A stretch of 64,000 nucleotides of DNA from Patescibacteria group bacterium (GTDB lineage Bacteria; Patescibacteriota; Microgenomatia; UBA8517): NCBI GenBank assembly GCA_036381415.1, contig DASVCV010000003.1:4162-68161 (forward strand), given 5' to 3'. The notes beneath the pieces were generated by a model. It did not search any database. It was given only the letters and a program-made list of their open reading frames with translations, and was not told where the DNA came from. Below, piece after piece: positions 55,455-64,000 of this stretch; the first letter of the stretch is position 1; the number at the start of each line of letters is the position of its first letter. Made by a program: the position numbers and the translations under genes.

Positions 55455-56498
55455 ATGGAACAGCATCCAGTACCACAACAAATTTCATCCTATCAATTCC
55501 ATTTGGTAGGAGACATGACTCTAAAACAGTTCCTGCAGCTAGCAGGAGGTGTTGTTGTGGGAATAGTTTTCTATGCAACAGGGCTACCTGGAATTATTAA
55601 ATGGCCACTTATTCTAATTTCAGTAGCAATAGGTGGAGCAATGGCTTTTATTCCTTTTGAAGAAAGACCACTTGAACAATGGTTTATTGCATTTTTTAGA
55701 TCTATTTACTCCCCTACTATTTTTGTTTGGAGCCACCAAGCAGGTACTGCCAAGATTTTTCAGGATGAAACAGTAGTGGGTGAAGTAATTGAGGCAAAAT
55801 CAACAGGTCCAAAGATTCCATTTCTTTCTAATTTGGAAGATAGTGAAAATAAATTCCTCTCTAAGATTTCATCATTTTTTACACCATCTTCTGCACCTAC
55901 TCCACAGGTTCAATTTCATCCTACTCCTGTTGTCCAAGCCCAACCTCCTGCTCCTACTCCTCAAGCACCTGTTCAAACTTCCCCTTTTGGAGGAGTACCT
56001 ACTGAAGGAGTTCAGGCATTTAGGCCTGCAAGTGAAGTGCAAAATGTGCAGCAAGCTAAACCTAGTCTTGTAATAGAAGATAAAGTTACAACTCCTGGAG
56101 TGACTGCTGATATTGCACCTTTAAGGCAATCTATAACTACTCAACCTGCTATGAATTTACCACAGGCTGCATTTTCAACTCAGGCTGCTCCCCCTTCTCC
56201 TCCAACAATTCCTAACACTATTGTTGGACAAGTTATTGATCCTGATGGAAAAATCGTTGAAGGTGCAATACTTGAGATTCGGGATACCTTAGGAAGACCA
56301 GTCAGAGCTTTAAAAACTAACAAAGCCGGGCACTTTTTAATTGTTACACCTTTAATGGAAGGAAGGTATGAGCTTATCACTGAAAAAGATGGACTTTTGT
56401 TTGATTCAATGGCTTTTGAGGCACAGGGAGCAATTATTCCACCTATAGCAATTAAAGCAAAAGGAAGACAAGTTGCTCCAGAGGAGGTTAAAAATTAA
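55455..56498 (+). CDS. PrgI/VirB3-like membrane protein with Pro/Gln-rich extension
   Basis: N-terminal YQFHLVGDMTLKQFLQLAGGVVVGIVFYATGL plus a second TM matches the PrgI/VirB3 pattern found directly upstream of VirB4 in Gram-positive-type T4SS. The remainder is PAPTPQAP-rich. Confidence 0.45.
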   Translation: MEQHPVPQQISSYQFHLVGDMTLKQFLQLAGGVVVGIVFYATGLPGIIKWPLILISVAIGGAMAFIPFEERPLEQWFIAFFRSIYSPTIFVWSHQAGTAKIFQDETVVGEVIEAKSTGPKIPFLSNLEDSENKFLSKISSFFTPSSAPTPQVQFHPTPVVQAQPPAPTPQAPVQTSPFGGVPTEGVQAFRPASEVQNVQQAKPSLVIEDKVTTPGVTADIAPLRQSITTQPAMNLPQAAFSTQAAPPSPPTIPNTIVGQVIDPDGKIVEGAILEIRDTLGRPVRALKTNKAGHFLIVTPLMEGRYELITEKDGLLFDSMAFEAQGAIIPPIAIKAKGRQVAPEEVKN

Positions 56499-57215
56499 AT
56501 GAAAATCTCACCTCCAAAAACCAATCCTATAGGGAATGTGGTCAAGAATGTTCCTTTTTTAAGCTTGCCTGATAGGCCACTTGTTACTTCTACTCAAGAA
56601 CAAATGCCTATTGCTGATATTACAGATGAAGGCTTGGTTCTTTTTAAAGATGGAGGAGCTTCAGTAATACTTGAGTCAACTTCACTTAATTTTGGATTGT
56701 TGTCTGAGAAAGAACAGGAGGCAGTTATTTATGCATACGCAGCACTCCTTAATTCTCTTTCCTACACAATACAGATTGTTGTAAGGTCTCAAAGAAAGGA
56801 TATCTCAAACTACTTAACCTACTTAGATAGGTCATACCAAAAACTAACAAATCCTAAATTGAAGGAGTTGATGGCAGGATATAAAAGCTTTATCTCAGAA
56901 ACTATTAAAAAGAAAAATGTTTTGGGGAAAAGATTTTTTGTTGTAATTCCCTTTTCTCCACTGGAGCTTGGAGTAACTAAATCTTTTTTGTCAGTTACTA
57001 AAAGGAAAGGGCCTCTCCCCTTTCCTAAAAGCTACATTATTAAAAAAGCAGCAGTGGCTCTTTTTCCAAAAAGAGATCATTTAATAAGACAGGCAGGAAG
57101 ATTAGGAATAAAACTGACACAAGTGCAAAAAGAAGAAATCATTACACTTTTTTATGATGTATTTAATCCTAGTGCACCTGTTATTAGATCTAATGAGCAG
57201 GCAACAAAAGCTTAA
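56499..57215 (+). CDS. VirB4 N-terminal (CagE/TrbE/VirB) domain encoded as a separate ORF
   Basis: MPIADITDEGLVLFKDGGASVILESTSLNFGLLSEKEQEAVIYAYAALLNSL...TIQIVVRSQRKD matches the canonical VirB4 N-terminus. The ORF stops 17 nt before, and in a different frame from, the ATPase ORF. Confidence 0.5.
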   Translation: MKISPPKTNPIGNVVKNVPFLSLPDRPLVTSTQEQMPIADITDEGLVLFKDGGASVILESTSLNFGLLSEKEQEAVIYAYAALLNSLSYTIQIVVRSQRKDISNYLTYLDRSYQKLTNPKLKELMAGYKSFISETIKKKNVLGKRFFVVIPFSPLELGVTKSFLSVTKRKGPLPFPKSYIIKKAAVALFPKRDHLIRQAGRLGIKLTQVQKEEIITLFYDVFNPSAPVIRSNEQATKA

Positions 57216-57231
57216 GGAGTAATTTTAAAAT

Positions 57232-59073
57232 ATGGATAAACAAGGCTTAACTACACAAAAACAAGTATTTACAAGTGGCACTGTAAATCCAAGTACAGGA
57301 GCTGTTGTACAGACTACTACTAGCGAGCAAAAACCAAATGTGGCTAATCCTGCTGCTGCAATTAAAGAAGGCAAAATTGGAATACAGGATTTAATTTCTC
57401 CAAAGAGTATGGAGATTGATTTTGAATATTTAAAAATCGGAGATGTTTATCTTAGAACTCTTTTTGTAGCAGGATATCCCAGGTTTGTTTCTGCCGGATG
57501 GCTAGAACCTGTTATTAATTTTGACCACTCAATGGATATTTCTTTTTATGTATATCCAGTAGAGGGAAAATCAGTACTTGATGATCTTAGGCGAAAGATT
57601 GCTGAGATGGAAGCTGAGATTTCAACGGATATACAGCGTGGAAAAGTAGTTAATCCTTCCACTCAGGCAAAACTTGAGGATGCATTAGTACTGCAAGAGC
57701 AGCTTGTTAAAGGATCCGAGAGATTTTTTGAGTTTTCTTTTTACATAACAATACCTGCTGCAACTTTGGAAGAACTTGATCATGTAACAAGACAAATTAT
57801 TTCAACACTAGGTTCCCTTCTTATTGTTGGCAAGAAGGCAACACTTGATATGGAAAGCGGATTTTTATCCACTGCTCCATTTGGAGTGGATAGACTTTCC
57901 ATAACAAGGAATATGGATACAACTTCACTTGCCACTACTTTTCCATTTACATCAGCAGAGCTTTCAAGTGACACTGGAATTTTATATGGAATTAATCCTC
58001 AAAATGAATCTTTTATTATTTTTGATAGATTCTCTTTGGAAAACTACAACATGACAATATTTGCTACCTCTGGAGCTGGAAAATCATTCTTTGTGAAGCT
58101 TGAATCAATTAGATCTTTAATGCTTGGAAGCGATGTGATTATTCTTGATCCTGAGGCAGAATATAAACCTCTTGCAGAAGCTGCAGGAGGAGAATATATA
58201 TCTTTTTCATTTAACTCCCCTTCTAAAATAAATCCTTTTGATTTATCAGCAATACAGGAAGAAGGAGAAAATCAACTGGGACTAAAAATTCTTTCACTTC
58301 ATTCTTTGTTTAAAGTAATTATGGGGGAACTTAATGCAACCCAGGAGGCACTACTAGATAGAGCTTTGATTGGAACATATAGGGCAAAAGGAATTACACA
58401 AGACCCTGCAACTCAGACAAAAGAACCACCTTTAATAGAAGATCTATACAAAACTTTAATTGGAATGGAGGTGCCTGAGGCACTTGATTTGGCAGCTAGA
58501 ATAGAAAAATTTGTAAAAGGCTCATTTGTAGGAATATTTGACCAGCAAACAAATATTGATATTAAAAATCCTTTTACTGTTTTTAGCGTAAAGGATCTAC
58601 AAGATGTACTTAGGCCAATTGCAATGTTTATTATCCTAGATTTTATTTGGACCAAGGTTAAGAAAGACATTAAAAAGAGACTTCTAATAGTTGATGAGGC
58701 ATGGCACATGATGAGATATCCTGACTCAGCACAATTCTTGTGGTCTGTTGTGAAGAGGGCCCGCAAGTACTACCTAGGACTTACCACAATCACCCAGGAC
58801 GTGGAGGACTTCCTTGCACAGGACATTGGAAAGGCAATTGTTACTAACTCATCTTTGAGAGTGCTTTTAAAACAATCTCCTGCTGCAATTGATAAAATAG
58901 GAGAATTGTTTTATTTGTCTCAAGGAGAAAAACAATTATTACTTGCAGCTAATGTGGGTGAAGGAATATTTTTTGCAGGGCCACACCATGCACCAATTAG
59001 AGTTGTTGCATCACCTAGCGAATATCAATTAATTACAACCAAACCTGCTGACATTATTAATCAAAGACAATGA
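57232..59073 (+). CDS. VirB4/TrbE-family T4SS ATPase (C-terminal ATPase portion)
   Basis: Walker A FATSGAGKSFFVKL, Walker B with the VirB4-diagnostic LLIVDEAWHMM, and C-terminal motifs. 613 aa. Its own AAGGAG RBS lies upstream. Confidence 0.85.
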   Translation: MDKQGLTTQKQVFTSGTVNPSTGAVVQTTTSEQKPNVANPAAAIKEGKIGIQDLISPKSMEIDFEYLKIGDVYLRTLFVAGYPRFVSAGWLEPVINFDHSMDISFYVYPVEGKSVLDDLRRKIAEMEAEISTDIQRGKVVNPSTQAKLEDALVLQEQLVKGSERFFEFSFYITIPAATLEELDHVTRQIISTLGSLLIVGKKATLDMESGFLSTAPFGVDRLSITRNMDTTSLATTFPFTSAELSSDTGILYGINPQNESFIIFDRFSLENYNMTIFATSGAGKSFFVKLESIRSLMLGSDVIILDPEAEYKPLAEAAGGEYISFSFNSPSKINPFDLSAIQEEGENQLGLKILSLHSLFKVIMGELNATQEALLDRALIGTYRAKGITQDPATQTKEPPLIEDLYKTLIGMEVPEALDLAARIEKFVKGSFVGIFDQQTNIDIKNPFTVFSVKDLQDVLRPIAMFIILDFIWTKVKKDIKKRLLIVDEAWHMMRYPDSAQFLWSVVKRARKYYLGLTTITQDVEDFLAQDIGKAIVTNSSLRVLLKQSPAAIDKIGELFYLSQGEKQLLLAANVGEGIFFAGPHHAPIRVVASPSEYQLITTKPADIINQRQ

Positions 59074-60833
59074 ATAAATCTGTAGGAAATTTTTTATTTC
59101 AAGCTTCTCAGTTTTTTGCTACCAATCCTAGAGAAACTGCATATAAAGATATTTTTCCAAAAGACCACATGCTTTCTCTTTTTTTCAAGAGACAAGAGTT
59201 TAGGAAAAAGCTACTTGAGAAAAATGAAGATGTAGAGAAAAGAAAAGATAAACAGATGCAAAGGATCAAACAAACTTTGCAGACAATTTCATCTACCCCA
59301 GAAGAAATTCCTTCTGTCTCACCTGAAGCAGAAAATATAGTAAGTGAGTATGCAACTTTAACACAAGCTAAGGATTTGGGAGGAATAGACCAAGAACAAA
59401 TTAATGCAAGGAAAGGTCAGATAGATCAGAAGTTTAATGGCTTTATAGACAAAAATCCTGCACCACTTTCTGCATTAACTAATTTTGCATTACAAAAAGC
59501 TGGAGGAAAAATTGCAGAGGCAGCTGCAACAAAGGCAGTTGCTGCAGTTGCAACAGGAATCAATCCAGCATTGGGAGCTATTGTTACTTTTATAAGCAAA
59601 GAGGTAATTTCAAGAGTCATAACCTGGCTTGCAAAGAACAAAGAAAGGTTTTTTGAGGTATTGGGTGGAGGAATGATTTTAGGAGGAATACTTGTTGGAG
59701 GAACAGGAGGAAGCGTATTGGCTGTTGCAGGAGCAGGAGTTGGAGCAGCAGGAGTGATAAGTGCTGCAGGCGGAGTAAGTGCTGCGGCCGGAACTCTTGG
59801 AGCTGCTTTCTTCACTTTTGTTGGAGCAATTTTAGGAACAATTATTGCGGCAATTATAATTCCTTTAACAATTGCCTTTATTGCAATACCAATAATAACT
59901 GTTTTAATTCTTTTTATAATTAATTCAGGAGCTTATGTAGTACCACCTGCTCCATCTCTTTCTGGAACATCGGGCAGCAGTACTCTTGGAATTACTATTT
60001 CTTCTCCCTATATAGATGTTGTAAAGACAGCATCTCCTGCTGGACCATTTGAAAATAGTGCACTTACTAACGGTCTTACTATTAAATATGATGTTACAGT
60101 ACGTGCAAAAAAGGGTGCTTTATCTAACTTGAAATTCGAAAATACTTGCCAACAGGTTAAAAAGGGAGGGTCAGCTGTTTGTGATGCACAGATTCCAAGC
60201 AAAGATGCTATGCCTCAGTTTGTTGATCCCGGCAAACCTTATACATTTTCTTATTCTGAAACATACTTTTCACCTAGCTTTGAAGATTCTTTTGTAGTTG
60301 ACACATTTAAAGTTACCGCTGATGCTGTTCCGGAAAAAACAGGGGCAATAGCTGCAGCTAGTGCGGTAGTTAAAATTGGAAAGCCGCCTGAAGATTGCCC
60401 CTCGGGGTGGCCAGTGGATGGAGATATTGTTATTACCCAAGGACCAAACGGTTCCCTCTCCCATTACGGCTATCAAGCAATAGATATAAGTAAGCCTGCA
60501 CTGACTCCTATACATGCAACACATGCTGGCACTGTTATATCTCAGTACTGGGAAGTGTCCTATGGGCATCATGTCAGAATTGTTTCAAGCTGTAATGGAA
60601 AGACTTTTGAGTCAGTATATGGGCATATGGATACAATTGCAGTTAAGACGGGAGATTTTGTGGCACCTGGAGAAATTATAGGGACAATAGATAATACTGG
60701 CCGAAGCTCTGGGAACCATCTTCACTATGAATTCCGGCCAGTTACACCTGGGTCAAATGATGGTCCAGTTTTCCCACAATCTAATCAGCCTTTACTTATG
60801 AATCCGCCTTATATTCCAAAGTCGGTGCAGTAA
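59070..60833 (+). CDS. membrane-anchored M23 (LytM-type) metallopeptidase with Gly/Ala-rich TM region
   Basis: C-terminal M23 motifs HYGYQAIDI (HxxxD) and GNHLHYEF (HxH). The central region is extremely Gly/Ala-rich and hydrophobic. The start overlaps the VirB4 stop. Confidence 0.7.
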   Translation: MNKSVGNFLFQASQFFATNPRETAYKDIFPKDHMLSLFFKRQEFRKKLLEKNEDVEKRKDKQMQRIKQTLQTISSTPEEIPSVSPEAENIVSEYATLTQAKDLGGIDQEQINARKGQIDQKFNGFIDKNPAPLSALTNFALQKAGGKIAEAAATKAVAAVATGINPALGAIVTFISKEVISRVITWLAKNKERFFEVLGGGMILGGILVGGTGGSVLAVAGAGVGAAGVISAAGGVSAAAGTLGAAFFTFVGAILGTIIAAIIIPLTIAFIAIPIITVLILFIINSGAYVVPPAPSLSGTSGSSTLGITISSPYIDVVKTASPAGPFENSALTNGLTIKYDVTVRAKKGALSNLKFENTCQQVKKGGSAVCDAQIPSKDAMPQFVDPGKPYTFSYSETYFSPSFEDSFVVDTFKVTADAVPEKTGAIAAASAVVKIGKPPEDCPSGWPVDGDIVITQGPNGSLSHYGYQAIDISKPALTPIHATHAGTVISQYWEVSYGHHVRIVSSCNGKTFESVYGHMDTIAVKTGDFVAPGEIIGTIDNTGRSSGNHLHYEFRPVTPGSNDGPVFPQSNQPLLMNPPYIPKSVQ

Positions 60834-60859
60834 ACAGAGGTAAAGCAAAGTTGTAAAAT

Positions 60860-61873
60860 ATGTTTATGAATTTATCAAGCAGAAAAAGAATAATTATGTT
60901 TTTAGCAGCCTTTACTTTTTTTGTGGCTGTAATGGGATTTTTGTTCATAAGAGGAAGACAAAATGTTTCTCCTGCTAATCCACCTGCTCCTCCCCAGATT
61001 TCAACATATGTGAATCAGACTTTTCCTATAAAAGTACAGCTTACTAAAGATGATTTTAATTTCCCAACTTCCCTCCCCCTTTTATATAAAGGAGGTTCTA
61101 GTCCAATAACTTTAGCTGAAGCAAAAGAAATTGCACTAAAGTTTGGATTTACTGGAGAGGTGCAAGAGCTTAAGGATATTCAGGAAGGAATTGTCTACTC
61201 CTGGTCAAACGAGACGGCAGGGTTATCTATCAGACCTAATAGAAAGGAAATCAAATACACAGTAAATCAGGCTCTCTCAACTTCGATTAGAAAACTATCA
61301 GAACCTGAGCTTATAGAAAAAGCTGCTACATTCTTAGAGCAAAAAAATCTCTTGGGAAATGACCAGGCAAAAACAGCCTTTGTTTATTATTTTTCTACTC
61401 AGGCTAGTGGAACAGATGAATTAAAACTTACCACTATTGATAAAGCAGATTATGTTGAAGTTAATTTTTCAGTAAAAGCTTCAGACTATAAACTCCTTAC
61501 TTTGGATCCACTTTCTTCCCCTATTGGGGTTCGACTTTTGCCAGATGGGAATATCACAGAAGTTGATTTAGCTAAACTTCCAGAAATTACAAAAGGAGGA
61601 GATTTGTTTAAGATTAAGAACTATGATCAGTTTGTATCAACTATCAAGGAGGCAAAAATAGTCAGTCTTAATGAAGGTGAAATGTTAAGCACAGATCCAA
61701 ATGCCAATCCAATTAACAGTGTAAATGTAACTGAGGTTGAACTTGTATATTTAATTGATTCGTCATCTTCAAATTATTATCAACCTGTTTTTCTTATTAA
61801 AGGGACGGCTGATATTGAGGGTATTGGAAAATATATTAGTAGCTATATGTACCTTCCAGCAATTACGAAGTAA
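60860..61873 (+). CDS. hypothetical signal-anchored extracytoplasmic protein
   Basis: N-terminal TM, then a 300-aa soluble domain. The last gene of the cluster. Confidence 0.4.
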   Translation: MFMNLSSRKRIIMFLAAFTFFVAVMGFLFIRGRQNVSPANPPAPPQISTYVNQTFPIKVQLTKDDFNFPTSLPLLYKGGSSPITLAEAKEIALKFGFTGEVQELKDIQEGIVYSWSNETAGLSIRPNRKEIKYTVNQALSTSIRKLSEPELIEKAATFLEQKNLLGNDQAKTAFVYYFSTQASGTDELKLTTIDKADYVEVNFSVKASDYKLLTLDPLSSPIGVRLLPDGNITEVDLAKLPEITKGGDLFKIKNYDQFVSTIKEAKIVSLNEGEMLSTDPNANPINSVNVTEVELVYLIDSSSSNYYQPVFLIKGTADIEGIGKYISSYMYLPAITK

Positions 61874-62972
61874 CTTTTACAGGCATTATTAAGTGAAGAA
61901 AATCAGGGTCTTTTGAATCTCTAAATACCCCGGGAGAGGAAGTATCAACTAAGGCAATTTCTATTTCTTCTCCTTCTACTGCATTTGCTACTTCTTCAAT
62001 AAATTTCCAGTTAAAGGATATTTCAACAGATGGACCAACAACATTTGCATCTAGTTTTGTTTTCTGGTTTCCAACTGATGAGGATTCTGCACTTACGGTC
62101 AGACTCCCCTCACCTGTCGTGAGTTTAACAATATTTCCCTGATCTTTTGCAAAAACAGATGCAATTTTTACAGCTCTTACTAGATCTTCTCTTCCTACCT
62201 TTACTTTTGTATTTGAAACTTTGGGGATTATTTTTTCAAAATTAGGAAACTCCCCTTCTATAATTCTTGTAGCTAAAAATGCATCTGACTCCCCTATTCC
62301 AAAAACAACCTGGTTGGCTCCGGATTTTATTTGAAAAGAAAGAGAATCTGAACTGCTTGCAATTTTTACTAGTTCCATTAATGCAGGCTTTGGAATAACA
62401 ACTTTCCCCTCCCCTTTAAGTTTGGCTGGTATCTTTTTTTGAGAAAGACGAAAGCCATCGGATGCAACTAAAGTTAATGAGTCTGGTGAGAGTAAAAACA
62501 ACACTCCAGTTAAAACAGGTCTTGTTTCATCTTGGGAAACTGCAAAGGCGACTTTAGAAAGACTTTTAATTAGGTCATCTTTGGGAAGAGTCAAAATGTC
62601 CCCTTTTTCAAAAGATTGAGGAATTGAGGGGAAATCATTGGTATTCATTCCTGCAACATTTCCTAGAAATCCTTCTTGAGATATAGCAAGCTGCTCTTTG
62701 TTTTGAACAAGATCAACTGTTCCTTTAGAAAGATGGGAAACTAATTCAACTATTGTTTTTGCAGGAACTGCGACTTTGCCTTCTTTTTCTACTTTTGCTC
62801 CAATTGAAGTAGAAAGGGACATCTCAAGATTGGTTGAAAGAACATAGAGCTTTGTTTTATTTGCTTCTAAAAGAATATTTCCTAGAACTGGAAGCTGGGC
62901 GTGGGGGTTTACAAAGTGTGAGGCTTGGGAAAGGGCTTTGGAAAAGTTTTCTTGTAAAACAGCTGCCTTCAT
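61863..62972 (-). CDS. dnaN: DNA polymerase III beta subunit (sliding clamp)
   Basis: MKAAVLQENFSKALSQASHFVNPHAQLPVLGNILLEANKTKLYVLSTNLEMSL... 369 aa with three-domain clamp pattern. Confidence 0.9.
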   Translation of the reverse strand: MKAAVLQENFSKALSQASHFVNPHAQLPVLGNILLEANKTKLYVLSTNLEMSLSTSIGAKVEKEGKVAVPAKTIVELVSHLSKGTVDLVQNKEQLAISQEGFLGNVAGMNTNDFPSIPQSFEKGDILTLPKDDLIKSLSKVAFAVSQDETRPVLTGVLFLLSPDSLTLVASDGFRLSQKKIPAKLKGEGKVVIPKPALMELVKIASSSDSLSFQIKSGANQVVFGIGESDAFLATRIIEGEFPNFEKIIPKVSNTKVKVGREDLVRAVKIASVFAKDQGNIVKLTTGEGSLTVSAESSSVGNQKTKLDANVVGPSVEISFNWKFIEEVANAVEGEEIEIALVDTSSPGVFRDSKDPDFLHLIMPVKVTS

Positions 62973-63198
62973 TGTGGAAAGAGTATATGTAATATTAGGT
63001 TCTTTGTCAAAATGAGTGGATATTGTTATTTAAATAGTAGCAGTAGTAGTAGAGGTTGTGGATATGTTGATAGATGAGCTTAGTCAGGCATTAAATTTGT
63101 GTGGATAATCGTGCGTAGGTCTTTGTTGATAGAATTGTGGACAAGTGAGTTTTCATTGGGGATAAGTGGATAAATAAGGTTTTTTCCCCAATTTGACC
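62973..63198. promoter_or_regulatory. dnaA-dnaN intergenic region with DnaA-box cluster (candidate oriC/dnaN promoter)
   Basis: Perfect TTATCCACA (reverse complement of tgtggataa at 63100..63108). Near-consensus boxes at about 63016 (gtggatatt), 63057 (tgtggatat), 63146 (tgtggacaa) and 63165 (agtggataaat). AT-rich tract at 63030..63050. Confidence 0.5.
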
Positions 63199-64000
63199 TC
63201 AGAAAGAATTTTTTATCCCCACTAAATCTTCACGGATCTTCACATTTTCTGAAGCTAGGTGGGTAATAGTTTCCACAGCGTGCATTACTGTTGAATGGTC
63301 ACGGCCACCAATTAATCTTCCTACCTCTTGGAGTGGGAGCCCAAGCTCTTTTCTTAATAAATACATGAGAATTTGTCTGGGTCTTACAACAATTCTTGCT
63401 CTTTGGGGACCCATGAGAACTTTTTTATTAATTGAGAAGTGGGATGAGACTGCATCAATTACTTTGTCTGGAGTAACTGCTTTTTTGGTTTCTTCAAGCT
63501 GGCCAGCACCTTTACTAAGGAGCCCTTTTACTAATTCTTCAGTGATACTGACATTTTTAAGCTTTGCTTCTGAAGTAAGCCTTATTAGAAATCCTTCTAT
63601 TTCACGAGCTGTAACAATATTGCCTGCAACAAGCTGGACAAGACTGGTGTCTAGCTCAATCCCCTTTTCTTGGCATTTAATTTGAATAATTGCACAACGG
63701 AGTTCAAAGTCAGGCGGGGCAACGTCTACTATGAGACCAGCTTGAAATCTGCTTCTTAATCTTTCTGCTAGTTTAGCAATTTCATGAGGAGGCCTATCTG
63801 AGGTAAGAACCACCTGTCCTCCTGCTCCTGTAACGGCATTGAAGGTGTGGAAGAATTCATCTTGAACTGCATCTTTGCCTGCAATGAATTGAATATCATC
63901 TATAAAAAGAGCTTTTAGCTTTCTATATTTATCTCTAAAACCCTGAGTTGTTTTGTTTCTAATTCCTTCAACAATATCGTTTGTAAACTCCTCTGCTGAG
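63199..64000 (-). CDS. dnaA: chromosomal replication initiator DnaA (C-terminal ~270 aa; gene continues beyond window end)
   Basis: The frame stays open to position 64000 and reads ...LFIDDIQFIAGKDAVQDEFFHTFNAV...VVLTSDRPPHEI... (AAA+ box VII region), then domain IV HTH (RQILMYLLRKELGLPLQEVGRLIGGRDHSTVMHAVE). Confidence 0.9.
   Translation of the reverse strand, partial: SAEEFTNDIVEGIRNKTTQGFRDKYRKLKALFIDDIQFIAGKDAVQDEFFHTFNAVTGAGGQVVLTSDRPPHEIAKLAERLRSRFQAGLIVDVAPPDFELRCAIIQIKCQEKGIELDTSLVQLVAGNIVTAREIEGFLIRLTSEAKLKNVSITEELVKGLLSKGAGQLEETKKAVTPDKVIDAVSSHFSINKKVLMGPQRARIVVRPRQILMYLLRKELGLPLQEVGRLIGGRDHSTVMHAVETITHLASENVKIREDLVGIKNSF

Noticed and set aside
59426-59815. 129-aa minus-strand ORF rich in Pro/Ala/Thr
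   Set aside because: It is antisense to the Gly/Ala-rich segment of the M23 peptidase gene. The bias is a mirror image of that low-complexity coding region.
1-64000. CRISPR arrays, rRNA genes, IS elements with terminal inverted repeats
   Set aside because: No regularly spaced short repeats, no rRNA-like conserved stretches, and no transposase-like ORFs were seen.

Overview
This window is low-GC, compactly coded bacterial DNA with many overlapping start/stop codons. The gene content suggests a reduced-genome Patescibacteria/CPR-like lineage: archaeal-type SAM synthetase, topoisomerase IB, and a split VirB4. The standard genetic code is in use.

Housekeeping genes include pyrH, a DEAD-box helicase, a beta-CASP RNase, hsp20, rpoD-dnaG, smpB plus tmRNA, and dnaN-dnaA with a DnaA-box-rich intergenic region (likely oriC). 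There are seven tRNA genes.

Four regions stand out:

1. 15.9-20.9 kb: a five-gene, start/stop-overlapping operon. It encodes an archaeal-type SAM synthetase, a stand-alone AlaRS catalytic-core paralog, an S51 peptidase-like protein, a GT4 glycosyltransferase and an LmbE-family deacetylase. The architecture parallels mycothiol/bacillithiol-type aminoacyl-glucosaminide biosynthesis, with a class II aaRS paralog in place of the CysRS-like ligase.

2. About 21.1-28.5 kb: an integrative-element-like block. It carries HigB/HigA-ImmA, a SpoVG-like protein, a putative replication initiator, an excisionase-like HTH, a putative type II R-M pair and a large serine recombinase. The recombinase gene overlaps the 3' end of a tRNA-Asn(GUU) gene that is itself interrupted by a ~187-nt Azoarcus-like group I intron.

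3. 33.7-35.4 kb: a tRNA cluster containing all four serine isoacceptors, tRNA-Arg(CCG) and an unusual GCG-anticodon tRNA.

4. 42.1-61.9 kb, next to dnaN/dnaA: a type-IV-secretion-like locus with an array of eight tandem VirB2/TrbC-like pilin paralogs, the first fused to a Cys-rich domain. It also has a 1175-aa Cys-rich secreted protein, a VirB6-like polytopic protein, a PrgI/VirB3-like protein, a VirB4 ATPase split into two ORFs and a membrane-anchored M23 peptidase. A block of unknown genes is embedded in it. No VirD4 coupling protein or relaxase lies in the window.

All calls come from reading the sequence and translations; no database searches were run.
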